In this document: positions 36,141 to 48,100 of the stretch, piece after piece
Layout: each line of letters opens with the position of its first letter
How positions within the stretch are numbered: the stretch's first letter is position 1
From: Vicugna vicugna
Lineage: Eukaryota
Assembly: GCA_013265495.1 (NCBI GenBank)
Contig: MU058540.1
Coordinates: 23,696-87,695 of the forward strand
DNA: 64,000 nucleotides
Direction: 5' to 3'
The notes under the pieces: model-generated
The model's input: only the letters and a program-made list of their open reading frames with translations
Database searches by the model: none
What the model was told of the DNA's origin: nothing
Position numbers and translations under genes: made by a program

Positions 36141-37604
36141 AAGTCTGGTACAGAAAACAACTCATTTATAAGAGAAACAAATGTACAAAAATATCAAAGC
36201 AGTAAACTCTACAGCCACTTGTGCAATAAAGAGAAAGAACAGAAGCTGAATTAAGGACAGAAAGTAGTTTAATACATAAATAAAAATGTCATGTTCTTGA
36301 ACAGGAGAGCTTTTGTCATTTTCCCAAACAAGGTATAGATTTGGTGTCGCCTTAATCTAAACATCAATAAGATAGTTTTCTAGCAAAATGTTTCTAATTT
36401 TTCAAGAATATTAAATGTACAAAAATAGCTATTAATAAGAAAAATAGAGTGAGTTTCTCTGTAGATGTTTACAAATGATTATAAAGCTAAATAGTTAAAA
36501 TGTTTATACTGCTACCAAAAAAAGGACAGTGATGAAATAAAATTGCACAGAAATAGAGCCTAATTTTTATTAAGATTAATGAGATTGAGAAATTTATTTA
36601 CTGTATTTTGAGGAAGCAGTTAATCCTTTGAGAAAATTTTGGGTTAGGAAACAGAAACATATTTCTAAGAAGCTTTTATGTTATATGTTATGTTCTCCAC
36701 TTTTCCATGGCACAGAAGGACCCACTCCACACCCCTGTAGTCAGTCCTGATTTGCCGGGTAAAGGGCAGAAGCTAATGGGGATTGCAAGTCAGTCAGGTA
36801 TGAGGATGGAAGACAAGTCTCCTCAGAGACTTTTGAGATATTCTTGATCATCTCGGCACCTAGAGGTGGAATGGAAGCAAAAGCAGCATGGTGGTGAGGA
36901 AACTGCGGTGAGTGAAGAAATCTAGTGTGAGATTTTAGGGGAAGAAGATATTTTAAAGGGACTTTAAATCATGCTTCTTGGTGTTAGAAATATAATCCAA
37001 ATTTGATACTTCTCAAGAGACTGCAATAAAGGTTTGAATTGTTTTTAATTATACGTTAGGCAATTTACTCTTGCCTCTTTAAAAGAGTGCTACACTGGGA
37101 CTACTTCCAAGGCAGAGCAAGTTACCCCACCTTCATTTTGGACAAATTAAGAAAGTAATGCATAATAAAAGTTTAATTCAATGGAGCGAGGGAAATGTAC
37201 TGAACACGGCATTGGGTCAATTAGTTTATTACTTGCAAAGTAAAAAGCGACCATATGTAAACAAACACATGGATGGTATTGAGATGGATTAAAAGTTCAA
37301 ATGTAAAATAAGAAGGAACTCAAAATATGGAAAAAATACATATAAGTGAATATTTATTTTATTAAAAAGTGCTAGGATGATGATTTAAATAACAAAAAGA
37401 GACTACAGAGAAAAATATTAAGTTAGACTATATTTTTAAACTTTGTATTTTTACTTAAAAAGGTCATCATAAACACAACTACAAATTATATGAAAAAATC
37501 AAGAATTAATATGTGAAATGTATATCAAGCATTAAGCATTCCAGCTACATCTTTTTTAAGTGCTTAAGATGCAGTATGTAAAACTTACAATGAGCAAGCG
37601 ATAT

Positions 37605-39300
37605 TGTGTTAGTTTTCTACCACTGCCATAGATTAGTTCAAGCTTGGCAGTTTTCAAAGGACACCGGTTTATTACCCAGTGTTCTAGGTCAGAGGTGTAT
37701 GACAGGCTGGCTGCTTGAGGTCTCAGCAGACTGAAGTCACAAGCTAGGGTTGCAGTTCTCATCTGAGGGCTGGGGTCTTCTCTCACGCTGGCTGCATGTT
37801 GGCAGAACTCATTTCTACCCATTTTGTTGTTCCCTCCTTTCAGAAATTCCAAACTTTATTCTGTTATCATTTTTTTTTTTCTGTTTGGAGAACTTCTCTT
37901 ACCCATTCTTTAAGGATAGATTTGCTACCAACAAGATATTCTTAGTTTTCCTTTGTCTAAAAATGTTTTCATTTCCCTTTCATTCCTGCAGGACAGTTTT
38001 GTCAGATATAGAATAATTCATGGTTGAGAATTCTTTTCTTTCAGCACTTGAAACTCATTGTGCAACTTCTGTCTGGCCTTTGTGGCTTCAGGTGAGAAAC
38101 CCACTATCATGTAATTTGATGTTCCCTTAAAATAATGTACCATTTCTCTCTGGCTGCCTTTAAGATTTTCTACTTTTTTGCCTTGGGTTTCACAAGTTTA
38201 ATAATCCATGTCTCTTGATATGAATGTCTTTGTGTTTATCCTATTTGGGTTTTGCTCAGATTCTGGAATCTGTAAGACTGTGTCTTTATCCAGTTTGGGG
38301 GAGTTTTCAGCCATTATTTCTTTGAATACTTTTCAATCCCACATTCTTTTTCTTCCCTGGCCTCCTAGGATTAAAATGTTAGACCTTTTGTTATTACTGC
38401 ATAAGTCCCAGAGTCTCTGTTCATATTTTTCAGTCCATTTTCTATGTTCAAACTGAGTAAATTCCATTAATCTATCCTCAAGTTCACTGATTTCTATTCT
38501 CTGTCATCTCCACTCTACTATTTAGCCCATTTATTTTATTTTTCAGTTCTGTGATTTTTATTTGGTTCTTTTTTATGGCTTCTATTTCTTTACTTCAATT
38601 TTCTATTATTTTCATTTGTTTTGAGATAATTTATAATTGTTCATCAAAGCATTTTGTAATGGAAGCTTTAAATTTCTTGTCAGCTACTTCCAACATCTGA
38701 TCTGTCTTGACTGTTCTGATCAGTTGATTGTCCTTTCTCATTCAAGGTGTTTTCTTCCTGCTCCTGGTATGACAAAAGCAATATTTTATTTTATCCTGGA
38801 CATTCTGACTATTATGCTAGGAGACACTGGATCCTGTTCAAATATTTTATTTTAGCAGGCAGTCGCCCTTTTGGGGCTTAACACATGTGTCCTGGCCTAA
38901 TTTAAAGGCTCTGGTTCTGAAGACAATCCTGTTTTCAAAGCCCTTATAGTGCTGTTCTGGTCTGTTTCATTTATGTTGTACCACTGAGGTTCCATTCAGT
39001 CCCACCTGGTGTCATCCTTGGGGGTGGGAGGCACTTCTTGGGGCCAACCAGTGCTCCTAGGTGGTAGATGGGGTCAGTCAGCCTCAGAGAAGGAAGGAAT
39101 GCCCTTTGGTCAGCTCTCCAGGCCCCTTAGTGCTGAACTGCATCTCTCTTGTTCTTTGCTGTGCCACGGAGGGGACATAACACACCTGGGATGCCCCTTG
39201 CTGCTCAAGGATGAAGGTCAAGAAATGTTGGGTTGGGTCATTCTCTGTCTCTAGGTGACCAAGAGAGGCTGGACCTGCTGGTGCAGCTGGGTGGAGGTGG
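37605..39300 (-). mobile_element. MLT1-like LTR fragment (~37605-37815) followed by old antisense L1M 5'/ORF1 region
   Basis: tgtgttagttttctaccactgccata...gttggcagaactcatttc (MLT1). gatatagaataattcatggttgagaattcttttctttcagcacttgaa and gttttcagccattatttctttgaatac are antisense L1 ORF1. Confidence 0.6.
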
Positions 39301-39974
39301 AGAATGGGACTACTCATCTAGCCTTTGTTATCTCTAACATGTACCCACCTGCAGCCCTTTTTTGTTCATTTCTCCTTTTTCCTTTTACCCATCAGAGCTG
39401 CATCTGTGGAGTAAATGGATTTATCAAATTTTAAAGTCTCAGGACCACTTTGATCAGAAGATCTCTTCATCTCCTTGTGATTATTCTGGATGTTTCATGA
39501 TTTGAGTCTGTACTTTTTATTGTGATCTCATTTTTGTTAGGGCTTTTTTCCCCCTCTTTTGGGGGTCTTGTACGTCCCTGTTTATATAAATGCCCCCAGC
39601 AAGAGGCTCTATTTCTTCTATTGTAGTCCCAGAAATTTCATGATCCTGGACTAGTTTTTAGGTCAGTTTATTACTTTGGTATTTTTGCAAAAGTAGGAGA
39701 TCAAGTCCTTCTAGTCTCATTTTTATCAACAGGACAAATATTTTCACTTACATTCAGGAGTAAAGCAAAATGAAACCACAAAGATGTGTCAGCTCTTCAC
39801 TCATTTATCAATGTTGTGAGCAACTTCTTGCCAGAATCAGATAATAGTTTTAAAGTATTTGAAGAACATTTTCTCATGTTTCTGTGCTATTCACAATGTT
39901 GCGACTACATACATGGTATCCTTGTCAGTTTACTCTGCCTCCGCCACTTTCTTAAGTTGAAACCAAGGCCTATA

Positions 39975-40572
39975 AACTGCAGGCGGTGGGCCTGCTACCT
40001 GTCTTTGCAAGACTTTACTAGAACATAACCATATTCGTTTACTTAAATATTTTCTATGGCAACTTTAGCACCACAATAGAAGAATTAAGTGATTGTGACA
40101 GAAACTATATGGCCTGCAAGCTTAATATATTTTCTATCTGCCCTTGAAGAAAAAGTTGCTGACCTCTGATCTAGACAAATCAACAAACAGTAAGTCAAAC
40201 CTTTATTTATAGCATTTGCTAATTTCCATAATATAAATACTCCGTACTTTTCAAGTTGATTTCAAGTTACTAACCTGACGGTACTGAATGGAGAGGTGGG
40301 AAAAGCTGATCATAGCAATCCCTGTACAGCATTTTCAACATTTACCTGCAACAGCTGTTAAGTAACCTCAAGAGCGTATATAATAATAACATGGAGTAAA
40401 ATAATTAGAGAGTGAGGAGTTTTTAGTATTTATTCCTCTCGTTTTTAATATTAATTCTAACTTTACATAATTTAATTTTTAGTAATGGCAGTCCTTAACA
40501 ACTGACTCGCATAATTCATGAAACAATTTGCTCTTGCAAGCGTGTATGAGCTGGCTCCGGTGCAATACTGCA
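39975..40572. mobile_element. hAT DNA transposon remnants (MER58-like ~39975-40172; MER63-like ~40200-40572)
   Basis: tgtgacagaaactatatggcctgcaag...aagttgctgacctctg (MER58-like end); gagctggctccggtgcaatactg (MER63-like terminal repeat). Confidence 0.5.
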
Positions 40573-40892
40573 GATGGGCGTAAAATAATTCTGGCTTCTT
40601 TGGTGTGATGTATCCTCTTCCAATATCTCCATGAAATATCAAGTTTCATCTTCCACTCAGCTGCAGTGGGATTTCCCTCTTTGCTTCTGATATCTATAGA
40701 TCTCTCTTGCTGAATTTGTAGCTTTATATATATATATTTTTTTACTGTGATAATCTTCCAGCGTTTTTACATGTTTAGTGTAGGTAGGGGTGCTTCCCAA
40801 GAGATCTCATGTTGCAGTATTGATAGGTAGCCTGATTTCTTGTATTTTTACCACTTATTCTGTTTTCAAGGGTATAATGGTTTTCTCTCCAG

Positions 40893-40956
40893 CCAATGAG
40901 GAGTAGGCATGAGGCAGCATCACTTGTCTCTAGCAGACAAGTCACTGAGAAGGCTA
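40893..40956 (-). promoter_or_regulatory. Orphan distal S'-X'-Y' class II enhancer-like module
   Basis: Minus strand: S-like TAGCCTT (40956-40950), 15 bp, X1-like GCTAGAGACAAGTG (40934-40921), 20-bp spacer, Y CTCATTGG (40900-40893). Spacing is canonical; no adjacent class II exon found. Confidence 0.65.
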
Positions 40957-43159
40957 ACAAGAAGCACAGAGCTGCAATTAGGGCAAAAATACAGCATAAA
41001 ATAAACATATCAACAAAGGTATGGAATCATTAGGAGTTGCAAACATCTGTGACGTCATATAATAAAAGAGTTAATGGACTCCTGTTTTATTCAAAAGAAG
41101 TGTGTTTTTTAGTTTGCAGAGATTTGACAGTATATTTTTACATTGAGTTCTAATTTAATTTCATTTTGGTCAGTAAGCAAACTTTATATGTTTCTAATCC
41201 TTATAAATTCATTGATCCTTAGATTACTCCCCATCCCCCACAAAAAGTGACCTAATTCTGAGTCCATTCATGTTAATATCATCCATTAAAATAAGATTTC
41301 TTTGTGTGTCTGTTCCATTGTAGTAAAGGGGAGGCACGAAGGACCCCTGTTTTATTAAAATATATCTCTATTGTTTAATTTTTAAACTATATACATGTAT
41401 CCTGACAATTTTTAATTGTGATTATAAAATAAAATACCACTCTTGCTGAAGCATCAAGAATGCATTACATAATGGCAGAGGATCACGAAAACTCAATGTG
41501 AAAAATGATAGTGCCTTGCGCTAGAGTGATGGCAGTGATGATTTGCTTGTAAACCATGCAATTTTATAGCAGCAATCGCTTACCTGTTAGCACATGTTGA
41601 AGAGTGAACTCCATCTTCGGGCAAAAGCAGGCTTAAAGTCCTGCTCCATTTCATGCTTCTTTGCTTCTCAAACATCCAAAGCCGCATCTCAGATTGCATC
41701 ATATTTTGGACACATGGCAGGAATAGCCAGGGAAATAAGAGCTGGCCAGTTTCCCACCCTCTAAGAAGGAATGCTGGCTCCTTCCAGCCCACATCTGTGA
41801 AAGGGAGAAGGGAAAGCCACATCTTGCCTTGAATTTCTAAAGTGCAATGTCTCCATCTGCTGGTGTGTGTGGCCCAATTAATGCCCTTGGAGCTGTCAAT
41901 ACCCTAGGATGATAAGAGGGCTCTTGAACTTCCAGTAGAATCGATGTGCTTTAGCACAGTTTTACATCAAAAGAAAAACAAAATATAATTCCAAATTTTT
42001 TAATGTAATTTAGGTCTCTGAGGATGTGACAACGAGAAAATTGAATTGTGTCACACAGGGCCAAGTTTTAAAATAACACCCTCCTCAGCAAGCCCCTTCC
42101 CCAGTATGTACACCTCGTGGCTTCTGCTCAGATTTTCTTTTCCCTCCCTTGTCTCCTATCCATCTCCTCTCTTACACTGCCTTTCCTGCAACACCCAACC
42201 TTTCATGTTAAGCTAGCCTCCTTTGTTTCCCTTTGTTTTCTGGCTTCTGCTATTTCAGATAAGTCTGTTTCCTACCTGGTTCCTGTCCTCTTATGTATGA
42301 GCTGTATGTTAGTTAGCTTGTTTATTTCCTTTCTGGAAGTGTTGGGAGCAATTTTTAAATTATCATTGTTTTTGTTTCTGATCCTGTAGTCAAAAAAATT
42401 TCATCATCACATATATAACTACTATTTGTATATTTTCATTATTCCTGCTTGATACCTTTAAATTACATGAATCTCATCCATCCAAAGACTAAAGTCTTCC
42501 CTTAGCTCAGAAAACATCTTCTATTATTTCTTTCATTATATTCTCTTCTACACCTGTTAACACAGCAATTAAAGGTTGCTATACAGAACTTCCTCAATAT
42601 ATTTTTCTCAATTTTATGTGACTTGGGATAGTCACATAACAGGCGTCCAGTTTTTCTTTGCTCTCTCTTCCCCATCCCTCTATTTTTTTTATGACAAAAG
42701 GACCATTACCCGAACAGTCTAATGGATAATTGTTCAGTAATTCTTCACTTGCCTTGAAGATGCTCCCTCATTACCTTTAAGAATGAAAGCAGTTTAAAAT
42801 GAAACCATTTCCTCTCTTCTTTAAGGATGCCAGTGTACATATTTTGCCTTTTGTCTGTGCCGCTGTATCAGTGACATCACTGTGGTACCACTGTGTCAGA
42901 CCCTTCAGAAAGATCAAACGGTTAGAGGAGTCGCACAGCCCTCACTAAGAGATTAAAGGTGTGCCTCACTGATCCTCTCAAACATCTCAGCGAGGGCCAA
43001 CACAGAGAAGTGATGGTCTCAAAAAGATGAGTAGGTGTGGCTTTTGAGTAATGGAGTGAATCACATACTGGATTCAGAGCTATTTGGAGCAAAGAGTAAA
43101 AGAGCTTTACTTGACTGAATTATAAATTAGATCATGACACAAGATGCAATATAATTTAT

Positions 43160-43390
43160 CAGTCGAGAGTATGGACTCTGGGGTCAGCTATGAATTCAAA
43201 TTCCAATTCCACCACTGTGTAACCTTGAGAGAGTTATTTCATCTCTTTGAGACTCAAGGTCTCTCATCCATAAAATGGGGATAACAATAACCAGTCTCAA
43301 AGGGTTGACAATAAGGATTAAATGATAATACATGAAAAACGCTTAGCATAGCTCCTGCTCATATTAAAACTCTAAGTAGTGGCTATTATC
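43160..43390 (+). mobile_element. MIR SINE
   Basis: gagagtatggactctgg...tgtgtaaccttgagagagttattt...ctcatccataaaatggggataacaata...aaggattaaatgataatacatg. Confidence 0.75.
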
Positions 43391-43870
43391 AATGTTTTAT
43401 TAATACTGTTAATTAGGGAACTGTGCTCTGCCCCTCCACACCTTAGCTCCCCCCAAAATATCAGACCCTGATGCGAATGGGGAAAGATACAGAAAGGCAA
43501 CTTCATGAATATTTATGTCATACTGGTTAATATGTATCTCAAACAACAATTAAAAGTCTGATAAGACAGACAGCAAAATAGTAACCATGGTTTTCTCTGG
43601 GAAATGAAACAGTGGGCAGTTTTACTTTTCTCCTTCCTACTTTCCTGTATTGTCTTCATTGTCTACATAAATGTGTGCTATCTGTATAATAAGGAAAAAT
43701 ATGTAAAATATGTTTATTACGCCACAGTACACTACTCAGCACCAGGCAAAACTGTTCATCAAGGAAACAAGGTTCCTGGCAAAAGCACCCGTGGTCTAAA
43801 TCTCCATCGTGACCCCAGCTCCAAAAACAGCTCCCCAGGGGAGCTCCCCCAGGGAAACTCAAAGCAGGAG

Positions 43871-44098
43871 CTACTCGGGGTCACTCAGATGGTCACGAGA
43901 AGGGTCCAGTGTCTCCGGGCTCTCAGTCCTCCAGCTCTGCTGCACCAGGGAGCAGAGGTCCTGCCCCTCCAGGAGCCGGCCGTGCTCCTGCAGCTCCCCC
44001 TGCCTCAGCACCAGGATCTGGTCGGCGCTCTGAACCGTCTGCAGCCGGTGAGCGATCACCAGCACCGTGCGGTCCCCGCGGGACCTCCAGTCCTGCAG
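43871..44098 (-). pseudogene. TAP2: Isolated TAP2 terminal coding exon (ABC transporter NBD C-terminus), frameshifted near the end
   Basis: After acceptor cccccttcag it reads [54 protein letters not shown], matching the TAP2 last exon with the AHRL H-switch. The ancestral-looking CTG GAG GAC TGA (stop 43925-43923) is out of frame. No other TAP2 exons seen in the window. Confidence 0.9.
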
Positions 44099-44921
44099 CT
44101 GAAGGGGGAGGATCACAACCTCAGAAAGATAAGAACGGATGGGCACCGCATCCCCGCTGGGCACCATCTCTGGTGGCTGAGGGTAAAGATGGCACAAAAC
44201 AAGAGGAGGCAGGAAAGAGCAGGAGAGGAAGCTCTGCGCTGCTCTGCTCTCTCAGCCGGGCTGCCGCAGCTGGAGGATGAGGAGGGGTCTGTGGAGGAAT
44301 CGGGGTGTCCCCACATCACAGGAGTCTCCATCCCATCCCCACCCTAAGAAGACGCAGATACTCTTCCCACTAGTGGCCCGTTCGCCCTCCACTGCCCAAT
44401 TCTGCACAGGCTGACCCTCACTTAGTTCCCCTCCATCCTTGCCCCTCCCAGCCAGCACATGACAGGATATACCCCCAATAAAATGAGGAAATCAAAATGA
44501 GAACCAAGAGTAAGGGATTGATCACTTTTTCACATAAAATATCAACTATTCTAAAGCAGAGTTGCTGTGCCAAAGACTGATTTGAGTCTTATCAGTCTCT
44601 CAGCTCCCCACGTAATTTGATTTGGACATTGACACCACCACATTGTTAGGCTACGTGCTCCACAAAATACTTTTAAGTCCTTCTGTTCCACATAGATCAC
44701 CTCCTATAAGCCCTTTTCTCTATATGTTTCCTGGAGGCGCCACTAAACTCGGTGACAACATCAGGAGGCAACCCTGAAAAATTTGAGTGACCATCCCTGA
44801 CCAGCACAGATCTGGCTCACAATAGGGCCCCAGTGAAAATGTCACAAACATGACTGGATCAAACCTTTAAAGCACTAAAGTAAAACAGTCCTTCTAATGA
44901 AGGAAATCTGAGTTTCGAAGA

Positions 44922-45006
44922 GGAACTTGGTACTGAATATCTGACCAGCAGCCGATGATGCTGTTCATACATGATGCTGATTGGTTCTAATCTAAGGTCA
45001 CCCAAT
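44922..45006 (+). promoter_or_regulatory. DRB-type S-X-Y promoter plus CCAAT
   Basis: S GGAACTT 44922; X1 ACCAGCAGCCGATG 44944-44957; 19-bp spacer; Y CTGATTGGTT 44977-44986; CCAAT 45002-45006. Confidence 0.9.
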
Positions 45007-45117
45007 CCAGGAACAAAGAAATGAGTTCCTTGGCTGGTGGTATTTGAGCTGTGGGTCCTAATCCTCACTGAGTGGGACTTGCCTGCTCCCTGCACCCACC
45101 CTCTTCTGTTCTCCTGC

Positions 45118-48100
45118 ATGGTGTGTCTGTGGTTCCCCAGAGGCTCCCGGACAGCAGTTCTGACAGTGATGCTGATGGTGCTGAGTCCTCCCCTGGCTTG
45201 GGCTGGGGACACCCCAAGTAAGTGCACACCTTGGATGGTGAGCTGTAGTGAGATGGTGGGAGGAGGGGAGGTAACTTTGTCCTTGTGTCCAGACCATGTC
45301 CCTTACAAAACTGTGGCATTTTCTTCAGTGACCACTTTATCCTATGGATCCTTAATTCCTTGCACAAACAAAAGGAGCCTGGATACTTGCCCACTTTATG
45401 GGAACTGCATAAGTTCCCTCCATCTGTATATAGCCTATTTCTTCTCAGCTCTCTTCTAATAAAAGTTCCCCAGCCTTGCATCCCATTCCCTCAGTGTTTT
45501 GAGAAGATTTAGAAATAACAATTTCAAAATAATTCCCATCAGTTTTTCCCTTTACTATCTTGAGTTATGCAGGGAAAAAGGGAAGTTTCTCTGAAAATTT
45601 GATGGGGACTCAAAAGGAACTAGAAAGATCTCTCCTAGCAGATCCTGTATTATGTCTTCAACAGGATCTGTGATGTTGGTACCTCTCCCTAATATGTGAG
45701 GATGTAGCAAGAGACCTCCCCACTATCTCCTTTTCTTTTTTCCATAAACCTCAATGTTTATAAGGCCTGCATCCCTGCACTGGAGGTTCTCTGACAGAAG
45801 ATGGTGTTAGTTTTCTCTCTTCTTCTCCCGTGGAAAGCACCCTGGCGCTAAAGCAGGGATCTTTAGTACTTGGAATGATCCTCTAGGTAAGAAGTAGCTA
45901 CAGGGTGTTCTATGATGCCTTAAAGAACTCATAAGAACTGACAACCTGACACAGCCTGGTGCTTATTATGACTCTATTTTGAACCTTCCTACACTATCAG
46001 TTTCTCCTATATCTCCCCTTTCTCTGGTCTGAACCCACAAGAAGAGATTCAGCTAGTATAGAATAAGTTACATGCAATTATATTTTTGTACGCCAGAAAT
46101 AGTCAAATATCAGCAATTTCATATGGTTCAAACAATACGTCCTGAGCAAGATACAGAGATTGTGAAGGTTTCCATCCCATCTGGCTGAAAGGCAGCAAGC
46201 AAGTCAAGGGAACTCACCGGCCTCTCCGAGTCGTGGCCCCACATTATATAGGTTGATTCACTGTGCCATCTGGCTTCTGTAACTAGCCATCTCTTACTAC
46301 CTCTCCTTCTGGTTTTTCCCTATTCTTTCCCCAACTATGTCATCACCATTACTGAAAATCCCCAAAGTTTGCACAGATCCATTGGATGAGATGAAACCTA
46401 ATGAAATTTTCTCTGTCTCTTAAAATCACCTTGTCTTTACCTGTGAATGTTTCTCCCAGGCAGTAAAAAAGGAAAGAGAAAGCTGACCTGAATTTCTCAC
46501 AGGAAGTAGGAGGGATGTAAATGGGTCGTCAGAATAAAAGTGTGTTGGAGCTGGAGCCCCTTCTTGCTTTTCAGGATCCTCACAAAGATCAATCCCCAGA
46601 ACCCTGGGTTTATTCATTGAGACAACAAATACTTTTTTGAGCAACTGTCATGTACTGGGCTCTGTTCTAGGCTCAGAAAATTCTATTTGAATAACATAGG
46701 ACCATCCTCTACTGTCAAGGAACTTACCTAATGACAGGGGAGGAAGATAACGACTCAATACAAATTTAACAAGAAAAATCATTTCATTCAGAAATAAGCT
46801 CCCTGAAAAAAAACAAAACAAAAACCTCCAGGGGTGTGGAACAGAGAGAACTGGATTCACCTGACTTCAGTTCACGTGTCTAGGGAGCTCTTCCCGCGAA
46901 GGTGACGGTTAACTGAGACAGTGATGAGGAGAAGCCAGACATGTGAAGGATGTAAGGGACAAGTGTTCCAGGGAGAGGGCGCACGGAAAGGCTGAAGTGT
47001 GGGGAGATGTTTGCTGTGTTTAAGGGACAGAAAGGAGGCTAGAGTGACTGGAGCAGAGCAAGCAGGTTGGGTACTGTGTAAGACAAGGTCAGAGAGGAAG
47101 TCAGGAGCCAGTCATGTTAGGCCCTGATGGCATTGGTGAGAACTTTGACTGTTATTTATAGAGATATGTGAAGCTACTGAGAGGTTATAAGGAGAGTCAG
47201 TTTGTTTATTTTTTTAAAATAATCCTAGCTACTATATGCAGACTGGATTCCAGAGGTTCACAAGTAGAGTCAGGGACACCACTTAGAAACATGGTGAAAT
47301 TTCCCAGGGCAGAAGGGTTTGTGGCTTCATTGAGTAGGGTAGTGACACAGACTGTGGGAGAGAGGAAGTGAACAGATTTGGGGTAGACTGGTGTGTGACT
47401 CATTAGTGAATTAAATGGTGGGGGCTGGAGGATAGAAAATCAAGCTCATCCTTCAGGATTTTGTCTTGCCTGATAACTGAATGAATGGTGGTGCTGTTTA
47501 TTGAGATCAGGAAGACTGTGGAAGGAAATAATTTAAAGTGGGTAGTTAAGAATAAAGGTTTATTTAACTGATTTTCAACATTGAAATGAAGTGTCAAGAG
47601 GCCAATTGACTACATGCATCTTGGAATCCAAGGGGAGGCCAGACCTGGAGGTCTGTATGTCTGGGTCATTGACACATGTACTCTGTCAAAATCCAAGAAA
47701 GTAGAGAGGGTTGCACAGACAAAGAGAGTGTGTGTAGAAGACAAGAAGAAGGCAAAAGGCAAGCCCTGAGGGCCAAAAGTCAGGGAGTTAGCAAGGCGGA
47801 CTAGACAAGGATACCAGTGATGCTGAGGAAAACCAAGAGAATGTGATGCATGGGAGTCACAGAAAGTAGATTGTTCAAGGAGGGAGAAAGTGAGTTGTGG
47901 TGAGTACGGCTAAGAGGTGGGTGAAGTGAGAGCAGGACAGAGAAGCGGGCACTGGGCTTGGGGGACTTGAAATTTGCAGTCAGTGAAACACACTAGACAG
48001 GAATGGGATTGGACCTTATGAAGAGAGAAAAGGAGCTGAAGAAATGAAGGATGGATTACGATGACTTTTTTCGAGTCACTAACTTCAAGGAAGACTGTGC

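Noticed and set aside
43604..44347. 247-aa plus-strand ORF
   Set aside because: Antisense shadow of the GC-rich TAP2 exon with no recognisable domain.
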